Of a DNA stretch of 64,000 nt, positions 58,798 through 64,000 are shown piece after piece. Each line of letters opens with the position of its first letter. Within the stretch, counting starts at the first letter, position 1. Origin of the DNA: Neodothiora populina (lineage: Eukaryota); the NCBI RefSeq assembly GCF_041146345.1, contig NW_027191413.1:1550001-1614000 (forward strand). The letters are read 5' to 3'. Both the position numbers and the translations under genes were made by a program. The notes below the pieces were generated by a model, which was not told the origin of the DNA, ran no database searches, and was given only the letters and a program-made list of their open reading frames with translations.

Positions 58798-61418
58798 TCA
58801 CTCGCGTGGGGGGATGTATGGCGAGTATCTCCAGATCCTCGCGCGCATATCTCCGCTGCCGGTGGCAAAAAGTCCTCCTCTGGCGGGACTGGGCGCGACC
58901 GAGATGACTAGAATAACAATCAGCGAAACTGCCAGAAAGACAATCTAAGTTTCAAGCGTTGACGTACCAGAGTTCTTGTGGCCCTGGAGCATGAGCTGGG
59001 CGTCACCCGTGTTAGGGTCCCAGAACTGCACTCCTCTGTCCTTCGAACCGGACAACACCCATTGTCCGTCGGGGGTGAGCGCAACACTTAGAACAAAGTC
59101 CTGCACAGAGTTAGCTTTCTCGATTTCTCTCTCTTTTCTGAAATATTTGAGCTGACCTTGTGACCCTCAAAGGTTCTGATGCACTTGCCGCCGCGCAACT
59201 GTCCAGGCCTGTTGAAGTTGGCGCTGTACTGCGGTTGCAGCTCCCACATCCTGATGGTTCTGTCGAGACTTCCCGACACAAGCTCTCTGCTGGTAGGTGA
59301 GAAGGCCACCGAGTAAACACTGTCCTTGTGACCAGGGTTTCCGCCCGCCTCTTCGAGCCTCTCAAGTAGAGTGCCAGAGTGTAGATCCCAGACGCGCACG
59401 CTCTTGTCGAGACTGCCAGCTGCCAAGAACCTGTTGTCGGGAGAGATTGCGACAGTGGTCACGCCATCCTCGATGGTCAAGGAAAGGATACACTGGTTGT
59501 TAGGAATGTCCCAAACACGGACGGTACGATCGCCTGATCCGGAAGCGATCAGACGACCATCGGAGGAATAGTCAAGCGAGTAGATATCTTGTTCGTGACC
59601 GGCAAATTGGTGGCGGATCTGGCCAGCTTGAATCTCCCAGATCTATTTTTGACTTGTCAGCAAAAGCTCAAACGACTGGAGAATGAAGGTGATGTACGTA
59701 CGCGAATGATCTTGTCCTCGGCACCAGTGGCTAGGTAGACACCATCGGGACTGAAGCAGACGCTTCGGATGTAGAGATCACCGTCTTGCGACAAACTTGT
59801 ATCCTGCAAGTGCTTGACTTGCTGGCCGCTCTCGACGTCGAAAATCTGAGCAGTTCTGTTGCAACCGGTGGCGACAAAGCGGCCGTCGCGACTGAAACGA
59901 ACGCAGCAAACCACACTAGGGTGGGCCAGATTGTGGACGAGCTCGACATCGAGCACGCGACGGATGCGGGGGTTGAAGACTGCGTACCAGTCATCGCCCT
60001 CGCGCTTCAGCGAAGGAGGAAGGGCGTCGATTGGGAGATCAACGAGCTGGTTGCCGCTGGCGCCTAGCTCACCCTGGAACTGGTTGTGTTGAGGCAAGGC
60101 AAGGGCCTGCTGCTGCTGCGCAAGGGCGGGCGGAGGGGTGGGACGAGGAACAGCCGGCGAACCAGGGTAAGGACCAATGCTGTTCTGCTGAGGGGTGGCC
60201 GGACCGCCGAGGGGACCTCTTGGGTTTGTGCGAGGCTTGCCGGGTCCGGGCGAAGCTGTGGGTTGGGGTGGTTGAGGCGCGTAACCTGATAGGAAGCGTT
60301 AGAAAACTGCTCAGTAGAAGTCATGTTACGCAGAAATGATCATCTTTGGCTCGGCGGCTTGGGTTGTGTAGTGCAAATAGATTCTTTGCCCTCTATCCCT
60401 CTCGCTTGATTTGCGCCCTCGATTGCGTGACACGTCACGCAGGCACACCCGTATACACACACAAGCGTACAAGTCTTGTCTCCTGCTCTCCAACTTTCTT
60501 GCTCACAAATTTCTCGTCCATGCCAGATGTGATAGGAAATACAGGCATCAATCTCAAGAGGACAACAAGAGAGCTAGGCTGTGCATCACAGCGTGGGGAC
60601 TCGTCCGGCGAAAGTCTCGTCGCATAGTCGATGGACCATGATCAGAGGATAAGCCAACGATGAGGTGCATTCGAGGAGACGATGCGCATGCAGCCGATAC
60701 GTAGTTCAACGAAAGTAGGAATTCATCTTACCATTTACACCGGGAGCAGGCTGGCCGTAGCCGCCGAAAGGCGCGTGTTGCGGCGGTCCAGGGGCGGGGT
60801 TCAGACCTGGAGGGGGCTGAGACATGTGTCCAGGCATGCCTTGTGCCTGAGGAGGCTCTTGCGGCGGAGGCGCAAGTCCAGGACCACCCTGGGCAGCAGC
60901 GCCTGCCATGATACCCTGGAAAAGGTTGGCAGGGCCGTGACCAATGGCGGGTGGTGGGGGCTGGGCAGGTCCAGCATGAGAGGATTGGGAAGGACCGCGT
61001 GCTTCGAGCTCCCGACGCAGGCGTGCGATGTCGTCTTCATATCTGCAAGTTTCTGTGGTCAGCCAAGTGTATAAGTGTTTCTAAAGCAGCGCGATGCAGC
61101 GCAGCAGAGAGGGATGGACGTACTTGTTCTTCATGTTCATGTGAGTCTGTTCGAGCTGGAAGATCTTGCCGCGGACCAACTCCATCTCTTGTATTTGGTT
61201 GTTGACTATATTCCACAACGAATCAGTATCGGATCTGTCAATGCATGCGAGTCCAGCGAGCATGTTGCGGCGCAGGGCAGATACTCACGCTGCTGCTCAT
61301 ACTCGATGGTGCGCGCGCCTTGAGCCTCGAACTCGGCGCGGACTTGATCAAGAAGCTCGGCAAGTCTGTTGTTGGGAGTAGGCGCTGGGCCTATGCCCCG
61401 ATGTGACGGATGATACAT
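58798..61418 (-). CDS. TUP1: General transcriptional corepressor Tup1/RcoA/Rco-1 (N-terminal coiled coil + WD40), multiple introns
   Basis: [109 protein letters not shown]. Confidence 0.97.
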
Positions 61419-63349
61419 GGTGGTTGGAGGCGTCCAGCCAGACAGCTAGAGCTGCGAGGGTAGATACAGAATTGCTTTAGACGGGGTCGCGTCACCAAAC
61501 AGCACGTTCTGGCAGTGTTTTATTGCTGCTCACTCGCTGTGGTCGAGATGGCGAGCTGTCGCGTTCTGGTCGCGCAACACGGTACTTTCAGCAAACGTCG
61601 CGATGACAACTTAAGCGGAGATTACCGCCGGGCAGGTCGCCAAGCGAAACGTGTGGTTTTGGTATACGCGATGCGTGATGGATGACCGTGGCAGGGGCGG
61701 TGACAGTGAGATGGCCTCGATGGAGACGGTGTTGGAGAAACGTTTGAGTAGACAAGGGAATAAGTCGGGGATGAGAGACAGAGGGAGAGGGAAGGGAAGA
61801 TGTGGATGTGGATGTTGACGATGCTTGGCAGGCGCCTGTCAGCAAATGGCAAGAGAGTACAAGACGAGAACCAGAGAAGGGCTGAGAGGGAAAGAGACAA
61901 GAGACAAAATCGAACGAACAAACGACAGCCAGACGATTGAGCTTCGCGCTTGGGGACGAAGGAACCGTGACCGTGACTTTGACCGTGAACCCTCTCTTGT
62001 GCCTCCAGATGCCTGTGCACAACAAGTACAAGTACAGCCCAGCCCAGTAATCCAGTAGAAGCGAAAGCCACTGCACGCTGCACACGCGCTCGGATCTCTT
62101 ACCTTACCTTAAGCTTCCGTTGGCGTTCACGGGCCTCCCGAGTAGTGCCGCTTTGGTGCGCCCCACATAGCATCCATGCATCCATGGATGGATCCCATGG
62201 ATATACAGTAGTGTCTCCCTCGTGTATGCTTTGTGCTTGTGGATCGAAAAGTAAGTCCGTACTTGTACTTGGCAACTCCCGTTCGTCTCCTATTCCACAC
62301 ATGGTCAGCCAGGTGCAGTATGGGAGGTTCCTTGACTTTTATTAGCCTATCTTGGATCACACTTCGTGGAACCCTAGACGTTTATAAGATCATTGAACCT
62401 CTTCTTGGTCCACCATGTTGAACACCTCGGCATCGGACACCACACTTTGCTCTTTAACGCCTGTGTCTACTGTGCTGTGGTGATGCGAGTGCGAGACAAT
62501 CAGCTTGTGCAACCCACAGTGAGATACCTTACAAGAGACCTGCACCGGTAATGCAAGTCCGACCCAGCGGACACTCGGATCGTTCCCCAGTCTCCGAATC
62601 AGCAAGTGCACCGCAAGTAAACATGCAAACTTACTGCTTTTGCACGCAAAGAAATGCCAGCGAGATGAACCCTCGGAGCCCTACGGATGCACTCCATCTG
62701 CTTCGCTTGTGCTGTATGCTTACAGTATCTCTTTCACTGGAACAAGAGTTTTGCCGCGCGCTTATACGGTCGACGTGACTTTCTTTGGGATCTTGTTGTC
62801 CAAAGCAGCATAACTTGCACTGCTCAAGGGAGCCGTCGGTTGAATCAAAAGGCCTTGAGGTACGTGAGACATTGAGAAGCCATGTCGGTATACCTTAACG
62901 AGGTACGGTACTCGGATAGTCCGTACAGTGCCTGAGCTTGCGGCACAGGTACTGTACTTGTACACGGCCACTGCGAAGTAAAATCCCATGTGGAGTAAGT
63001 GCGTGTCTTAGTCCCTGATAGCGTTGCGAGCCCTCGGCTGAGATGCGAACAGCCCTGGAGATCGATCTGTAGGGCTGAGTTGTAGATGGAGTCCGAACGA
63101 GTCCAAAACATCCGTTCGCCGACCCCTTAGGCATCACATAGGTACTCTACGCAAAGCCAGTCCTGTACTGTACAGATCCAGAGTGGATTCCTGACCTCAT
63201 AAGGCTTACCTCGACTACAGCCTCACATCCTAGGATCCTAGGCTTCACTTGCACCTGTTTTCATCTCAGCACCGCACAACACACACCAATAGCTACGACC
63301 AGTGCATCAGCCTCACGTCGACTGAAAGGCGAATCGCACATCCTTCGCC

Positions 63350-64000
63350 ATGCAGACAATGAACCAGATGGCGGGCGTACACGACCCTGCACCAGCTGGG
63401 TTCCCCGAACCACCACCTATCCCGCAGGACGACCCGGACCTCGAAGGGCAAACCACTCAATCGATCAAATCCCGTCCCTCACGCTCATCACTACCACCAA
63501 ATCGACAACCATCTCGCCGCACCATGAACGATGGCCAGTCATTACATCCCTCGGTGAGACAACAGGAAACCCTGGCGCCGCCAGACCGCTACACCATGTC
63601 ACGACACTCGGCCGAGTCCAGTATTGGTGGGTCCGAGATGGAAATCGAATGGGGTCCTCGACATCCTTGCTATCCACACCCGAATCCACACGTTCCCCTT
63701 GATTCACCGGAATATACGACCACACGGATCATCAGGGTGCAGCGGGACTGGCTCGTCGCAGGCGATCTCTACCCGGCCTTCCAGAATCTCTACCCCGAGA
63801 TATTGATCGGCTATGTGAGCGAAGATGACTTTAGAAAGATCATCGAGACTACAAACAAAATGCTCAAGGAGGCCTTCAATCCATGGGCGACGGGTAATTG
63901 GTTCGATGCTTTCTTGGGCATCGCGACTGGCTTTCTATGGGACAACACAGGTCTCACGGCTACCAAGCGGAAAGTGGCTCGACTGGAACGTTGGGTTGAC
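63350..64000 (+). CDS. ERF4: Ras palmitoyltransferase accessory subunit Erf4/Shr5 (Golgin A7 family), truncated by the window end
   Basis: Open frame from ATG 63350 to the window end (absent from the ORF track because it has no stop): EWGPRHPCYPHPNPHVPLDSPEYTTTRIIRVQRDWLVAGDLYPAFQNLYPEIL..VSEDDF..AFNPW..LGIATGFLWD. Confidence 0.85.
   Translation, partial: MQTMNQMAGVHDPAPAGFPEPPPIPQDDPDLEGQTTQSIKSRPSRSSLPPNRQPSRRTMNDGQSLHPSVRQQETLAPPDRYTMSRHSAESSIGGSEMEIEWGPRHPCYPHPNPHVPLDSPEYTTTRIIRVQRDWLVAGDLYPAFQNLYPEILIGYVSEDDFRKIIETTNKMLKEAFNPWATGNWFDAFLGIATGFLWDNTGLTATKRKVARLERWVD

Noticed and set aside
1..64000. TGA-CTA readthrough contexts, transposons, CRISPR arrays, rRNA genes, secondary-metabolite backbone genes
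   Set aside because: The stop contexts I checked lack TGA CTA, and I saw no transposase/RT motifs, terminal repeats, spacer arrays, rRNA sequence or PKS/NRPS domains.

Overview
Gene-dense, intron-rich eukaryotic DNA from a filamentous ascomycete (Pezizomycotina; GT-AG introns of about 50-70 nt with CTRAC branch points; a Dothideomycete is my guess but cannot be shown from this window). It holds about 26 protein-coding loci and one intron-containing tRNA-Tyr(GTA). Recognisable genes are HAP5, cytosolic MDH, TRS33, an ARMT1/DUF89 phosphatase, RPT1, CCT4, PXMP4, DEP1, NOP12, a SUR7/PalI protein, HAP2, MRPL37, a sedolisin (S53), an AlkB-family dioxygenase, a Zn2Cys6 transcription factor, NAD(P)HX dehydratase, TUP1 and a truncated ERF4-like gene. 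I saw no transposon, CRISPR array, rRNA or secondary-metabolite cluster. The best-supported hidden signal is a terminal MDH intron with tandem acceptors 4 nt apart that would switch the C-terminus from ...PPK to the PTS1-like ...PKL; similar mechanisms are known in other fungi. Other points of interest are a 24-bp triplication of the NOP12 start context, a ZZZ3/Ahc2-like protein, a CFEM-like domain apparently split by an inserted domain, a possible decayed DUF3328 gene, microexons, long AUG-free leaders and a microsatellite-dense block. All gene models were assembled by eye, and family assignments rest on recalled motifs rather than database searches.
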